64,000 nt of DNA. Source: an uncultured Candidatus Rokubacteria bacterium. Lineage in GTDB: Bacteria > Methylomirabilota > Methylomirabilia > Rokubacteriales > CSP1-6. Positions 52,278 through 63,851 of this stretch are shown here, one piece after another. Below the pieces are notes generated by a model. It did not search any database. It was not told the DNA's origin and saw nothing but the letters and a program-made list of their open reading frames with translations. Position 1 is the first letter of the stretch. The number at the start of each line of letters is the position of its first letter. Where the stretch lies: contig CAVWFS010000007.1 of the NCBI GenBank assembly GCA_963754315.1, forward strand, positions 863,964-927,963, in the 5' to 3' direction. Both the position numbers and the translations under genes were made by a program.

Positions 52278-53036
52278 CTACCGCGTGCCCACGAGGACTG
52301 GCTGGAAGAAGCCGCCGTCGATGCGGTGAACCCTTGTGAAACCCGCCTGCTCCATGAGCAACGCCACCCGTTCTGTCCTGATAGCGAAGTACGTCGTGTG
52401 AGGAGTCCGGGCAACGACTTCCTTCGCACCGTCCTTCGTCACGAGTTCAAACGCAACGTCGTAGAAGGCACCGTGCCAGTGCCAGATTTGGGACAGGCGG
52501 CACGCACGCCCGGACCACGTTCGGTCACCGTAGTCCCTGGTCTCGACCGTTCCTGGCGCCGGTGGGACGTCGTAGTCCCGCATCGAGATGAGACAGCCTC
52601 CATTCGGCCGGAGACACCGAAGGCACTCCTGCAAGGCTTGGTGAATCTCAGCTTCGGAGAGCAGGTGCGGGAGGGCGTTGTCGCAGGCGATGACGGCATC
52701 GAACGTAGTCGAGCGAACGGGAAGAGCCTTCAGGTCCGCGACGCAACAGGGCAATCGAATCCCGCGACGTGCGGCCTCCTCACCGGCGCGGTGGACGGCT
52801 ACGGGCGAGATATCGGAGCCGGTGACCTGAAATCCAAGTGTTGCGAGGCCGAGGGCCTGCGTACCGATCCCGACGGCGGCGTCGAGCACGTTGTGAGGCA
52901 GCGAACCCCATTCGCTGGCGAGAAGCGACGCCAGCGCCTTTCCCTGCCACGCGATGCTGGTCTCCCAGTCCTGGTACACCAAGTGGTACCAGGGAGCGAG
53001 CGCGTCGTAGAAGCCACGAACCTCCAAGATCGCCAC
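52278..53036 (-). CDS. Class I SAM-dependent methyltransferase
   Basis: VLDAAVGIGTQ, GSDIS, FDAVIACDNALPHL. Confidence 0.88.
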   Translation of the reverse strand: MAILEVRGFYDALAPWYHLVYQDWETSIAWQGKALASLLASEWGSLPHNVLDAAVGIGTQALGLATLGFQVTGSDISPVAVHRAGEEAARRGIRLPCCVADLKALPVRSTTFDAVIACDNALPHLLSEAEIHQALQECLRCLRPNGGCLISMRDYDVPPAPGTVETRDYGDRTWSGRACRLSQIWHWHGAFYDVAFELVTKDGAKEVVARTPHTTYFAIRTERVALLMEQAGFTRVHRIDGGFFQPVLVGTR

Positions 53037-53181
53037 ACTCTATCAGCCCGCATCGTTCGCAGCGAGGCATGGCGCCTCGGCCGCGTGCACCGCCGCCCAG
53101 GTGCAGCTCGTATTACCTAATTGACCGGGACAACGCTTAGACTCCTAGGCGAACCTGGTCCACATCCACGAGGAGGCGACG

Positions 53182-55459
53182 ATGCGCCAGTGGAAGCTTG
53201 CGAATCCGTGGGGGAACCTGCGGAGTGGAGATCCGTCGGATCTGACGGCGGGTTTCATCGCGGGACGGTTGGTCGATGCGCTGCGGCTGAACCTGCCGCC
53301 GTATAACCCGCTGCTGGTGGCGTCAGACTCGAGCGGGGTGTGGCTCGTGTCGGAGAGTGGAGGGCCAGCGATCCCGCTGAGCTGGACCTGGACGGCGCCG
53401 CAGCTGAACTGCCTCGCGCGTGGGTATTACGAGGAGCGGCATGTCTATGCGGGAGGGGTGGGGCTCTACGAGACAGACGTGACGAGCCCGGCGCCTTTGT
53501 ATGCGTGGCGGGCTATCAGCTTGATGGGGATGGACGACCATCCCGCGCCGGTCGGGACAATCCTCCGAATGGTTGTGGTGCGCGAGCGGGGCATGCTCGT
53601 GCTGGCGACGAGCACGGGCGTGTGGTGGGTGCGCATTGCGCAGACGCCCGGCGGGCCGTACGTGGCAATGCAGGCGATGGGGCCGCTGGGGCAGCCGATG
53701 CCAGGGAGCGCGTATAGCTGCGTGGTGGAGGGGCCGAACACATCGGTGGTGGCGGCGTGCTGGGGGACGAATCTGGTGAACGCCTTCGGGATTTTCGTGG
53801 GCGACTGGTCGGGACCGGGGGGCGGGCTGCAGTTTTTCACGCGGGCGACGATCCAGGGGACGAAGGCGCGTCAGATGTTGAAGACGGAGCTGGCGGTGTG
53901 CGTGGCGGATCGGAACTGGCGACGGCGGGCTGGCCACGACGACGGACCTGGGCACGACCTGGCGCTCGACCGCGAACCGGCAGCTTCCGAACCTGTTGTT
54001 CTACCGGGCCGCAATCAGCTCGCGCGACGACGGACTGACGGCGGGGAGCTTGCAAGACAACGGGGACATGTATGCTCCGCTGTATCCAAACGCGGAACCG
54101 GGGCGGCTGCTGCCAGAGCACGTGGGCGGTGACGGGATTCTGTCGATGTTCACGAACACGGGGCACCTGATTCATCACAACAACACGGAGTCGAGGCCGG
54201 ATCCGCAAGGCGTGACGATCGAGTTTGGCGCAAAGCCGCGCGCCTGCTCCTGGGACCCGTCGCAGCGGCAGTTTTCGAACGTGAAGATGTTTCCGAATTT
54301 TCCACTGTCGCTGGGCGTGATCCCGGTGGATGGCACGAACGATGGGCTCGTGAGCAACGTCAATAGGGGTGTGAACAACGTGATCGAGGTGGTGACGAGC
54401 CCGGCCTGGAAGAACACGGCGGGCGAGGTGATGGTGGGCGTGGCGGCAGAGGGTGAATCGGTTTACGGGTTGTTCGCCAAGTCGGACGGCACGTTCCACT
54501 GGCAGGTGCTGGGAAGCGTCCTGCATCGACCCGACATTGACCCGACGACGACCCTGGAGTTGCCGTATTTCGCGACAGCCTCGGCCTCGATGGATGGGCA
54601 TGACGTCATCGTCGGGATGAACAACGGGCGGGTGTTTCGGCTGAGCGAGCCGGGATGGGCGGCAACGGACCTTTCGGACCCGGCGATCTCGGCGCCGATG
54701 ACGCGAATCGCGCCACTGCGGCCGGGTGAGTTCGTGATGATCGCCGGCCCGGGGGTGTTTCGCTGGAACGGGTCGTGGACAATCGTTCCGACGGGGCCGG
54801 CGACGGGGTTGCCGTCGGGCGATCATTTCTACGCGCTGGCGGTGGACCGCAGCGCGGGGCCGCCGCGGCTGTTCGTGGCCACGCAATACGGTGTCTGGCA
54901 GAGCGAAAACGATGCAGCGACGTGGCAGGTGGATACGATCGGGCTGCCGACCGTGCCGTTCTGCTGGGACTTGCGGACGGTGATCGAGTCAAGCGGAGCG
55001 GCGTTCGTTTATCTGGGCACGTATGGATGGTCGGTCTTCCGGCGATTGACGAACTTCGATGAGTTGACGCAAACCGTGGCGATCGTGGGGCACATGGACA
55101 TCGTCGACCGCGTGGCGGTAGGCAAGGACGTGTGGGGGCACCCCACATTCACGCGCATCGCGACGCTGGGGCCGCTCTCGCCGATCGCCGAGTGGCTGGT
55201 CACGGGCGACAATGGGGACCAGGTGCGCGTGGATTTGAAGCTACGTGTTGCGTGGAAGATCGACCGCTCGATGCATGTCGACTGGGACGCGAAGCTGTTC
55301 GACATGGGGAGCGACAAGGACGAGAACGAGGAGACGGACCACGAGACGGGCAAGCGCGTTGTTGCGTTCAAGGGGACGGAAACGGTGGTGATCGACATGG
55401 ATAGCGACGAGTGGTGGCCGGACCGGGCGCACGTCGAGTTCATCATCAAGAACTTCTGA
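53182..55459 (+). CDS. Large Asp-box beta-propeller-like protein, broken near 53915
   Basis: DGGLATTTDLGTTW, GSLQDNG, GVWQSENDAATW, GTYGWSVF; RBS AGGAGG. Confidence 0.6.
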
Positions 55460-55617
55460 GGCTCGCCCGCACGGCCAACGTGGGAGCGTTCCCACGCGGG
55501 AGCCGCGAAGTCGGTGGCTTGCATTGATGGAATGGACTCCTCCCGCGACTTGAACGGCATCACGTGCTGGACCACAGGGTGTAGAACTGTCGAACTGCGG
55601 CGAGGAGGACATCGACC

Positions 55618-56811
55618 ATGACGACCGCGACTGATTGGACGGAGGAGATCGATCGGCGGCAGGGGGACCTGGTGGCGCTGCGGCGGGATTTCCATCGCCA
55701 CCCGGAGCTGTCGTTCGAGGAGCGACGCACCGCCGGGATCATCGCCGAGCGGCTGTCCGCGGCGAAGCTCGAGGTTCGGAGCGGCATCGCCGGCACCGGC
55801 GTGGTCGGGGTGCTGCGGGGGGATCGGCCCGGCCGCACCATCGCCTGGCGCGCCGACATAGACGCCCTGCCCCTCACCGAGCGCCTGGCGGCGCCCTTCG
55901 CTTCCGGCACGCCCGGCGTGATGCACGCGTGCGGGCACGATGGTCACACCGCGGTGGCCATCGAGCTCGCCGACATCCTGGCAGCCCGGCGGGCGGAGAT
56001 GCCCGGCACCGCGGTGTTCATTTTCCAGCCGGCCGAGGAAATCATCGCCGGGGCCCGGCCCATGATCGAGGCCGGCGTGCTCGACGACCCGCGGGTGGAC
56101 GAGGTCTACGGGCTGCACTTCATGACGACCTTTGCCGCGGGCCGGGTTCAGGCCCGCCCCGGGCCCAATCTCGCCTCGTGCGACTACTTCAGCGTGGAGG
56201 TGCGGGGCCAGGGCGGGCACGGGGCGATGCCGCATCTGTCGGTGGATCCCATGGTGGCCGCCGCCAACATCCTTCTCGGCATGCAGACCCTGGTCGCCCG
56301 CGAGGTGCCGGCCCAGGACACGGCGGTCATGACGGTGGGACAGATCGTGTCGGGCACCAAGGGCAACATCATCCCGGACAGCGCGCTGATGCGCGGCACC
56401 TTGCGGGCCTACGAGGAGCGGGTGCGCGAGCTGCTCAAGGGCCGGCTGGGCAGCTACGCCGAGGCCATCGCCCGCGCCTATCGAGCGGAGGCGCATGTCA
56501 GGTGGGAGGGCGGGTCATGTCCGGCCTGCGTCAATCACGAGGCGGAAACAGCCTTCGTCCGTCGATGCGCGGCGATGGCGCTGGGGGAGGCCTTCGTCGA
56601 GGAGGGCGAACCGGCCATGCCGAGCGACGACATGAGCCTCTTCCTCCGCGAGCGGCCTGGCTGTTACTTCCGGGTCGGCGTCCAGCCCACCGACGGCCGA
56701 CCCCACCCGCACCACGCCCCCGAGTTCGAGCTGAACGAGGACGGGCTCGTGGCCGGCCTCCGGGTGGCGCTGACGGTCATGCGGCGCGCCCTCCCGCCGC
56801 GCCCTGTCTAG
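55618..56811 (+). CDS. M20D amidohydrolase
   Basis: HRHPELSFEE, RADIDALP, MHACGHDGH, FQPAEE. Confidence 0.92.
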   Translation: MTTATDWTEEIDRRQGDLVALRRDFHRHPELSFEERRTAGIIAERLSAAKLEVRSGIAGTGVVGVLRGDRPGRTIAWRADIDALPLTERLAAPFASGTPGVMHACGHDGHTAVAIELADILAARRAEMPGTAVFIFQPAEEIIAGARPMIEAGVLDDPRVDEVYGLHFMTTFAAGRVQARPGPNLASCDYFSVEVRGQGGHGAMPHLSVDPMVAAANILLGMQTLVAREVPAQDTAVMTVGQIVSGTKGNIIPDSALMRGTLRAYEERVRELLKGRLGSYAEAIARAYRAEAHVRWEGGSCPACVNHEAETAFVRRCAAMALGEAFVEEGEPAMPSDDMSLFLRERPGCYFRVGVQPTDGRPHPHHAPEFELNEDGLVAGLRVALTVMRRALPPRPV

Positions 56812-56889
56812 CGGCTTCATCGCTGGCCTCCGCTCCGGCTCGTGGGCCACCGCCGCGCTGCGGGCGGCGGCCCAGCGAGCGGCCTATGA

Positions 56890-57130
56890 CCCGATGCCCA
56901 AGGTTCCAATAGGTTCGACGAGCCGACATGCCGAGCTCGCCCGTGTCGGCGAATCCGAGGTCGTGCTGGTCCGGATAATGTCAGTGTGCCCGCAAGGTCG
57001 TGATCCGCCGAGGCCACGAGCCGCAGCCTGACCGGCGACTCGCGATACGCTCGGACGAATGCTTTCTTGTCCCCTACGTTGAGCTCACGATCTCCGGGAT
57101 CGAATGCCAAGAAATCGGATTCCGTGCCGA
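56890..57130 (-). pseudogene. Possible GNAT acetyltransferase remnant
   Basis: ESDFLAFDPGDREL...AGTLTLSGPARPRIRRH resembles GNAT N-halves; no start. Confidence 0.35.
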
Positions 57131-57237
57131 TGCTACCGTCAGATGTGTACGAGGGGGCCGCGGCTACTGGCTGTACCAAGTCCGGGTCGACGAGCGAGGT
57201 CCAGGCGAAAGATGACGAGATGCTCGGAGGGACATCG

Positions 57238-58875
57238 ATGCCAACGATGACGGGTGCGCAGGCAGTCGTGCGCGAGCTGGCCCGCGCGGGCGTGGAGGTC
57301 GTGTTCGGCCTCCCCGGCGTGCAGATCATGCCCCTCTATGATGCATTCTGGGGCCAAACGGCCGTCCGGCTCATCACCGCGCGGCACGAGCAGACGACGG
57401 CGTACATGGCGGACGGGTACTCGCGGGTGGCCGGCAAGCCCGGCGTGGCCCTCGTGGTCCCCGGCCCCGGCGTCCTGAACGCGTCCGCGGCGCTGGGTAC
57501 CGCGTATGCGTGCTCGTCCCCCGTGCTGCTTGTCGCGGGCCAAGTCGAGAGCGCGGCGCTCGGGCAGGACAAGGGAGCGCTGCACGAAATCAACGACCAG
57601 CTCGAGATCGTCCGCCCAATCACCAAGTGGTCTCGCCGCGTGCTGGCGGTCGCGGACATTCCCAGTGCCATCCAGGAAGGGCTCTGGCGCGCGCAGAGCG
57701 GACGGCCCCGGCCCACGATGGTGGAGATACCGCCGGACGTGCTGGCGGCCGAGGCCGAGGTGGCGCTGGCGGCTCCCGAAGCGCTGATGCCCGCAGCACC
57801 CGATCCCGAATCGGTGCGGCAGGCCGCGCGACTGCTCGCCGAGGCGGAGAAGCCGCTGATCTGGGCGGGTGGGGGAGTGATCCTGGGCGACGCGGCCGAC
57901 GAGCTCACGGCCCTGGCGGAGGAATTGGGCATGCCGGTGGCGACGACGGCCGAGGGCAAGGGCGCGATTCCAGAGGACCGGACGCTCTCCCTCGGGGTCG
58001 GCTACTATGGCCACGGGGCTCCCTCGTTCGCCGCGCCGCGGGCCGACGTCATCCTGGCCGTCGGCACGCGCCTCACGGGGCAGATGCACGGGCCCACGGC
58101 GCTGCGGTCCCCGCAACGACTGATCCACCTCGATGTCGATGCAAGCGTGATCGACAAGAACTACCCCGCGGAAGTCGCCATCGTCGGCCACGCGAGGCCC
58201 GGCCTGCGGATGCTCCGCGAGATTGCCCGCACACTCCCGCGACGACCGGACCGCTGGTCGCGCTCCGAGCTGGAGGAGATCAAGCGGCGCGGCGCCGAGT
58301 CGGTGGTACGCCAGGCCCCGCTGCAGTGCGAGATCATCGGCCAGCTCCAGAAGTCCATCGACGACGAGGCCGTGGTCGTCTGCGGCATCACGAACGTCGG
58401 CTACTGGGCGAACCTCGCCCTCCAACGCCGCCGGCCGCGGACGTACCTCACGGCCTCATACTTCGCCACCCTGGGATTCGCCTATCCTACGGCCCTGGGC
58501 GCGAAGGTCGCGGCGCCTGACCGTGCGGTGATCAGTCTGTCCGGTGACGGCGGCTTCATGTACGCGCTGCCCGAGCTGGCCACCGCGGTGCAATACGGTA
58601 TTGACGTGGTGGCCATCGTCTTCGTGGACGGCGCCTTCGGCGCGTCGAAGAACGACCAGCGCACGCGCTACGAGGGCAGGGTGATCGGCACCGAGCTGCG
58701 CAATCCGAGCTTCGCGCAGGTGGCCGAAGTCTTCGGCGCCAAAGGCATCAGGGCCGAACCTAGCGATCTGGGCAAGGCGGTGCAGACGGCCCTCGAAGCG
58801 CGGCGGCCCACCGTCATCGAGGTCCCCATCCCCACTCTGCCGCCGCCGTTTCAGCTCCCGCCACCGGCCGTGTAG
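57238..58875 (+). CDS. ThDP-binding enzyme (acetolactate-synthase-like)
   Basis: VFGLPG, RHEQ..YMADGY, GPGVLN, SGDGGF. Confidence 0.9.
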   Translation: MPTMTGAQAVVRELARAGVEVVFGLPGVQIMPLYDAFWGQTAVRLITARHEQTTAYMADGYSRVAGKPGVALVVPGPGVLNASAALGTAYACSSPVLLVAGQVESAALGQDKGALHEINDQLEIVRPITKWSRRVLAVADIPSAIQEGLWRAQSGRPRPTMVEIPPDVLAAEAEVALAAPEALMPAAPDPESVRQAARLLAEAEKPLIWAGGGVILGDAADELTALAEELGMPVATTAEGKGAIPEDRTLSLGVGYYGHGAPSFAAPRADVILAVGTRLTGQMHGPTALRSPQRLIHLDVDASVIDKNYPAEVAIVGHARPGLRMLREIARTLPRRPDRWSRSELEEIKRRGAESVVRQAPLQCEIIGQLQKSIDDEAVVVCGITNVGYWANLALQRRRPRTYLTASYFATLGFAYPTALGAKVAAPDRAVISLSGDGGFMYALPELATAVQYGIDVVAIVFVDGAFGASKNDQRTRYEGRVIGTELRNPSFAQVAEVFGAKGIRAEPSDLGKAVQTALEARRPTVIEVPIPTLPPPFQLPPPAV

Positions 58876-58983
58876 CCCGGGGAGCGGCCCGCAATCTCTT
58901 GCAGCCGGTGGTGTCCAGCGCGCCTGGCGCCGGACGGGATCGCGGTGTAGCGTTGACCCCATCGCTTCGCACAGGAGGAGACC

Positions 58984-59952
58984 ATGCCTAGCCTTCGTCG
59001 GGGTCGTCGCCGGCGGCCCGTCTCGTCGCGCTCCTCATCTGCGCGGGCGCGATCGCGCGCGGTTCAGGCCCGGGCCCAGGCTCCGCCGCCGGGTCCGGCG
59101 CCCTACCAGCGCGAGGGCGCCACGGTGAAGCTGTCCGAGCACGTGTACGTCATCCCCGACTTCAAGGTCGGCATGGTGCCCAACGTGGGCATCGTCGTGG
59201 GCACGAAGGGCGCGCTGGTGATCGATCCGGGCATGGGCTGGCGCAACGGCGAGGTCGTGCTGCGCGAGGTGCAGAAGGTGAGTCCGGGCGGAGACCTCTA
59301 CATCGTCAACACGCACTTTCATCCCGAGCACACCACGGGCGAGGTCGCGTTCCCGGCCAGCGCCAAGGTGCTCCGCGCGGCCGCGCAGCAGCAGGACGTC
59401 GACGAGATGGGCATGACCTGGGTGAGCAACTTCGCCGCGCGGTCCCCCGAGATCGCGGCCCTGCTCAAGGACGTCACGTTCCGGAAGCCCGCCCAGGTCT
59501 TCGAGCGCGAGATGGTGCTCGACCTCGGCGGCGTCCGGGTCCGGATCATGCGGCTGGGACCCGGCCACACTCGGGGCGACACCGTGATGTTCGTGGAGGA
59601 GGACCGCGTGCTCTTCGCGGGCGACCTGACCATGAAGGGCCTGTTCCCGGCCTTCGCGTCGCCGCAGTCGCGGAGCGACACCTGGCTCGCCAGCCTGGAC
59701 GAGATGGAGCGCCTGAAGCCACGGATCGTCGTGGGGGCGCACTACGACATCGGCGACGCCTCCGACATCGAGGCCTACCGCGGCTACCTCAAGGCGCTCC
59801 GGGCGCGCGCGGCCGAGCTGAAGAAGGACGGCAAGTCGGCCGACGAGGCGGGCAAGATTCTCGTCGACGAGTTCAGAGCAAAGTATCCTGGCTGGGCGCA
59901 GCCGGCGCGCGTGGCGGCCGGGGCGGCCGCGGTGTACCGGGAGCTCCCGTAG
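58984..59952 (+). CDS. MBL-fold hydrolase; signal region probably frameshifted
   Basis: NTHFHPEHTTG, GHTRGD, FAGD. Confidence 0.85.
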   Translation: MPSLRRGRRRRPVSSRSSSARARSRAVQARAQAPPPGPAPYQREGATVKLSEHVYVIPDFKVGMVPNVGIVVGTKGALVIDPGMGWRNGEVVLREVQKVSPGGDLYIVNTHFHPEHTTGEVAFPASAKVLRAAAQQQDVDEMGMTWVSNFAARSPEIAALLKDVTFRKPAQVFEREMVLDLGGVRVRIMRLGPGHTRGDTVMFVEEDRVLFAGDLTMKGLFPAFASPQSRSDTWLASLDEMERLKPRIVVGAHYDIGDASDIEAYRGYLKALRARAAELKKDGKSADEAGKILVDEFRAKYPGWAQPARVAAGAAAVYRELP

Positions 59953-60068
59953 CGGCCATCAGAAGACGATTGGTGCTCGTCCGTGCGGGCCCTTGCCCAT
60001 CCGGGGCATCCCTACTACGGTAGGCGAAGGCTTCGGCCTATCCCGGCTGGGGCGAAGGGGGCTCCAGG

Positions 60069-63000
60069 ATGCAATGTCCACGGTGCCAGCACGAGAACGC
60101 CGCTGACGCCGTCTTCTGCGACGAATGCGGAGCCCGCCTCGAGTCTGTCTGCTCAGGGTGCGGGGAATCAAATCGCTCAGGCGCCAAGTTCTGCCGAAAG
60201 TGCGGCCAAGGGCTCTCGGCTACGGTCGCGAGCCCCCCCTCGCGGTTCGACTCCCCGTACGCTTACACGCCCAAGCACCTCGCCGAGAAGATCCTCACCT
60301 CCAAGGCTGCCCTGGAAGGCGAGCGCAAGCAGGTCACAGTGCTCTTCGCCGATCTCAAGGGCTCCATGGAGCTGCTGGCCGATCGCGATCCAGAGGAGGC
60401 GCGCAAGCTCCTCGACCCCGTCCTTGAACGCATGATGGAAGCCGTGCACCGCTACGAGGGTACCGTGAACCAGCTGATGGGCGACGGGATCATGGCGCTG
60501 TTCGGCGCGCCCCTCGCGCACGAGGACCACGCGGTGCGTGCGTGCTATGCGGCGCTCCGGATGCAGGACGCGGTAACGCGGTATGCCGAAGAGGTCCACC
60601 GGACGCTCGGGATCCCTCTCCACATACGCGTCGGCCTCAACTCCGGCGAGGTCGTGGTCCGCACCATCAGCAATGACCTCCACATGGACTACACCGCTGT
60701 GGGTCAGACGACGCACCTGGCGGCGCGCATGGAACAGATGGCCATGCCAGGGTCCATCCTGATCACGCCAGAGACCCTGATGCTCGTGGAGGGCTACGTG
60801 CTCGCTCGATCCCTGGGAAAGCGACCCGTGAAGGGCCTGGAAGCTCCGGTTGATGTCTTCGAGGTCACCGGGGCCTCGCTGATCCGCTCGCGCTTGCGCG
60901 CCGCGGCCGCCCGCGGTCTCACGCGATTCGTCGGACGGGACACCGAGCTCGAGCAGCTCGGCCGGGCACTCGGCCGAGCCGGGGGCGCTCACGGACAGGT
61001 GGTGGCGGTGGTCGGCGAGCCAGGCGTCGGTAAGTCGCGCCTGTACTGGGAGTTCACCCACTCCCATCACGTCGAGGGATGGCTGATCCTGGAATCCTCT
61101 TCGGCGTCCTACGGCAAGGCCAGCGCCTTCCTGCCCGTGGTCGATCTCCTCAAGGCCTACTTCAAGATCGACGAGCTCGACGAGCCGCGGGCCATCCGGG
61201 AAAAGATCACCGGCAAGCTGCTCGCGCTGGACGACTCCCTTCGCGGCGTGATGCCCGCCTTCCTCTCGCTCCTGGGCGTTCCTGGGCCCGACAGCCAGTG
61301 GGATGCACTGGGCGCCGCCGAGCGCCGTCAGCGGATTCTCGACGCCGTCAAGCGTCTCCTCCTCCGGGAGAGCCTGGTCCAGCCCGTCGTCGTGCTCTTC
61401 GAGGACCTTCACTGGATCGATGACGAGACCCAAGCCGTGCTCGACAGCCTCGTGGAGAGCCTGCCCAGCGCCCGGGTGCTGCTCCTCGTCAACTATCGGC
61501 CGGAGTACCGTCACGGCTGGGGAGGCAAGAGCTACTACACCCAGCTGCGGATCGACCCGCTCACCGCATCCAGTGCCGCGGCTCTGCTCGACGGCCTCCT
61601 CGGCAACGCCCCACCCCTAGAGCCCCTCAAGCGCCTGCTCATCGCGCGCACGGAAGGAAACCCGTTCTTCCTCGAGGAGAGTGTGCGCACGCTGGCGGAG
61701 ACACGGGTGATCGTGGGTCAACGCGGCGATTTCCAGCTCGCGAAGTCCGTGGCGAGCATCCAGGTCCCGGCCACCGTGCAGGCGGTGCTCGCCGCGCGTA
61801 TCGACCGCCTACCACCCTCGGCCAAGAACCTCCTCCAGTCGGCCGCCGTCATCGGCAAGGACGTGTCCTTTGCCTTGCTGGAGGCGGTGGCTGAGAGGCC
61901 GGCCCCCGAGCTGCAGCGCGAGCTGGCGCAGCTCCAGGCGGCGGAGTTCTTGTACGAGGGGAGTCTGTTCCCGGAACTCGAGTACACCTTCAAGCACGCG
62001 TTGACCCTCGAGGTGGCCTATCAGAGCCTCCTGCGCGAGCGTCGGCGCTTTCTCCACGAGCGGGTCTTGCAGACGCTCGAGGCGCGCGCGGGCGGCCATG
62101 GGTCCGAACACATCGAGGGACTGGCCCATCACGCCGTGCGCGGCGAGGTCTGGCCGCGGGCGGCCACGTATCTCTATCGCGCGGGGGCCAATGCGCAAGC
62201 GGAGGCGCGCTACGCGATGGCCACCGCCTTCTACACGGCGAGTCTCGACGCTCTCCAGCATCTCGGCCCCGGTGCCGACCGCGGCCTCGAGCTCGACGCA
62301 TACCTGGAGCTATGGTCCACGCGCATCTCGACCGGCCACGTCGAGGGGATGAGTGAACTGGGTGAGAAGGTGGAGGCCCTCGCCCGCGCGCTCGATGATG
62401 GCCCGCGGCTGGCGCGGGTGCTGGTACGCCACGCCCAGTCCATCGCCCTGGCCGCGGCCATCCCAGGCACCCTGGAGTCGGCTATCGTACGGGCCCGCGA
62501 GGCCGTGGCGCTGGCGGACGAATCGGACCTGAGGACGCGGAGCTACGCGCATCTCATCGCAGCGGTGGCCTGCCGCGATCTCGGGCGGATCGACGAGGCC
62601 GTCGCGGAGTACCAGGTCGGTGGCCGCCTCTTTGCGGCGGCGGGGACGAGCGACCATGATCCGAGACTCGTCTATCCGATCTACGTCAGCCTGTGCGGCT
62701 GGGGCGCCGAGGCGCGGGCCGCCCTCGGCGACTTCGCGTCTGCGCTGAAGTCAGCGAACGACGCCCTCCACATGGCGGCGGAGATCAAGCATCCGTCTTC
62801 CCTGTCCAACGCCACCGCGTTCCTCGGCTACGTGCACCTGATGCGGGGCGACGTGGAGGCGGCAGTGCCAGTCCTCGAGCGCGGTCTCGCCATCTCCACG
62901 GAGCACGATCTGGTACACGGTATTTGCGCCAACGCGATCTACCTGGGCTGGGCGCTCCTCCTCGCGGGAGATCGTTCTCGCGCACTCGAATACGTCAGGC

Positions 63001-63410
63001 GCGGACTCGAGCGGCCGACCGGCGCGCGTTTGCAGTGGACACGGTTCGGAACCGTGACCGCCAGCGCCTATCTCGCGGCGGGCCAGCCCGACGCGGCCGA
63101 GCCGGAGATCGCTCGCGGTTTGGCGGCCGCCGCCGAGCGGGGGGCGCGGGGCTACCGCGCTCCGCTGTTGCGGCTCGAAGCGGAGGTCCTAGTCGCTCGA
63201 GGCAAGGCGGGACTCGCTCGCGAGCGAAGCGACGAGGCGCTCGCCGTCGCGCGGGAGCTCGGTCTCCGTCCGGAAATCGGCCACTGCTACATGGCTGTCA
63301 GCCGAATGGCCGCCCGCTCCGGCGACACGGCAAAGGCCGCCGAGCATCGCGCGGCCGCTCGGCGGGTCTTCGACGAGCTGAGCATGACATTCTGGAGCGG
63401 GCGCGAGTGA
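60069..63410 (+). CDS. Double zinc ribbon / class III cyclase / STAND ATPase / TPR protein, intact paralog
   Basis: Same motifs as 25801-29202; 1113 aa. Confidence 0.92.
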   Translation: MQCPRCQHENAADAVFCDECGARLESVCSGCGESNRSGAKFCRKCGQGLSATVASPPSRFDSPYAYTPKHLAEKILTSKAALEGERKQVTVLFADLKGSMELLADRDPEEARKLLDPVLERMMEAVHRYEGTVNQLMGDGIMALFGAPLAHEDHAVRACYAALRMQDAVTRYAEEVHRTLGIPLHIRVGLNSGEVVVRTISNDLHMDYTAVGQTTHLAARMEQMAMPGSILITPETLMLVEGYVLARSLGKRPVKGLEAPVDVFEVTGASLIRSRLRAAAARGLTRFVGRDTELEQLGRALGRAGGAHGQVVAVVGEPGVGKSRLYWEFTHSHHVEGWLILESSSASYGKASAFLPVVDLLKAYFKIDELDEPRAIREKITGKLLALDDSLRGVMPAFLSLLGVPGPDSQWDALGAAERRQRILDAVKRLLLRESLVQPVVVLFEDLHWIDDETQAVLDSLVESLPSARVLLLVNYRPEYRHGWGGKSYYTQLRIDPLTASSAAALLDGLLGNAPPLEPLKRLLIARTEGNPFFLEESVRTLAETRVIVGQRGDFQLAKSVASIQVPATVQAVLAARIDRLPPSAKNLLQSAAVIGKDVSFALLEAVAERPAPELQRELAQLQAAEFLYEGSLFPELEYTFKHALTLEVAYQSLLRERRRFLHERVLQTLEARAGGHGSEHIEGLAHHAVRGEVWPRAATYLYRAGANAQAEARYAMATAFYTASLDALQHLGPGADRGLELDAYLELWSTRISTGHVEGMSELGEKVEALARALDDGPRLARVLVRHAQSIALAAAIPGTLESAIVRAREAVALADESDLRTRSYAHLIAAVACRDLGRIDEAVAEYQVGGRLFAAAGTSDHDPRLVYPIYVSLCGWGAEARAALGDFASALKSANDALHMAAEIKHPSSLSNATAFLGYVHLMRGDVEAAVPVLERGLAISTEHDLVHGICANAIYLGWALLLAGDRSRALEYVRRGLERPTGARLQWTRFGTVTASAYLAAGQPDAAEPEIARGLAAAAERGARGYRAPLLRLEAEVLVARGKAGLARERSDEALAVARELGLRPEIGHCYMAVSRMAARSGDTAKAAEHRAAARRVFDELSMTFWSGRE

Positions 63411-63851
63411 CAGAACATGTTCACGTTCGCGCCGACCCGCGCTCACATTCCGCTCCCGCCACCCCCGGCTGCTTGCGGGACCATCCCGGAACTCGTCCCG
63501 CCCTCGCACGCGAAGCGGGTTCGAGCACCCTCCCGCTCGCCAATCCCGGCTCGTCGGTGGGCGATGAGCGTCCTCAGTCCGCAGCGCGATCTGGCGATCG
63601 TAGACCCAGAACCATCAAGGGCGAAGCCACGTACTCCAACTCACCAGCATCGCCAGGGGGTTCCATACGTATCCCAACATCAACCGTGATTGATCGGGTC
63701 GCAGCCGCCCCCGGGCTGGCCATGTCCCGCCGTTCATCCGCGCACTTCTGGTTTCACTGAGCCCGAGCTGGTCGCTGACAGGAGAGACGCACAGTGCTCG
63801 TCGGTCAGCGGCTGCGCCTGCGTCCCGGTGTCGGCAGGTGGATCACAGCGC

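Noticed and set aside
63411..63851. ncRNA or attC in the terminal intergenic region
   Set aside because: TCCCAAC is present but has no pairing partner or recognisable RNA motif.
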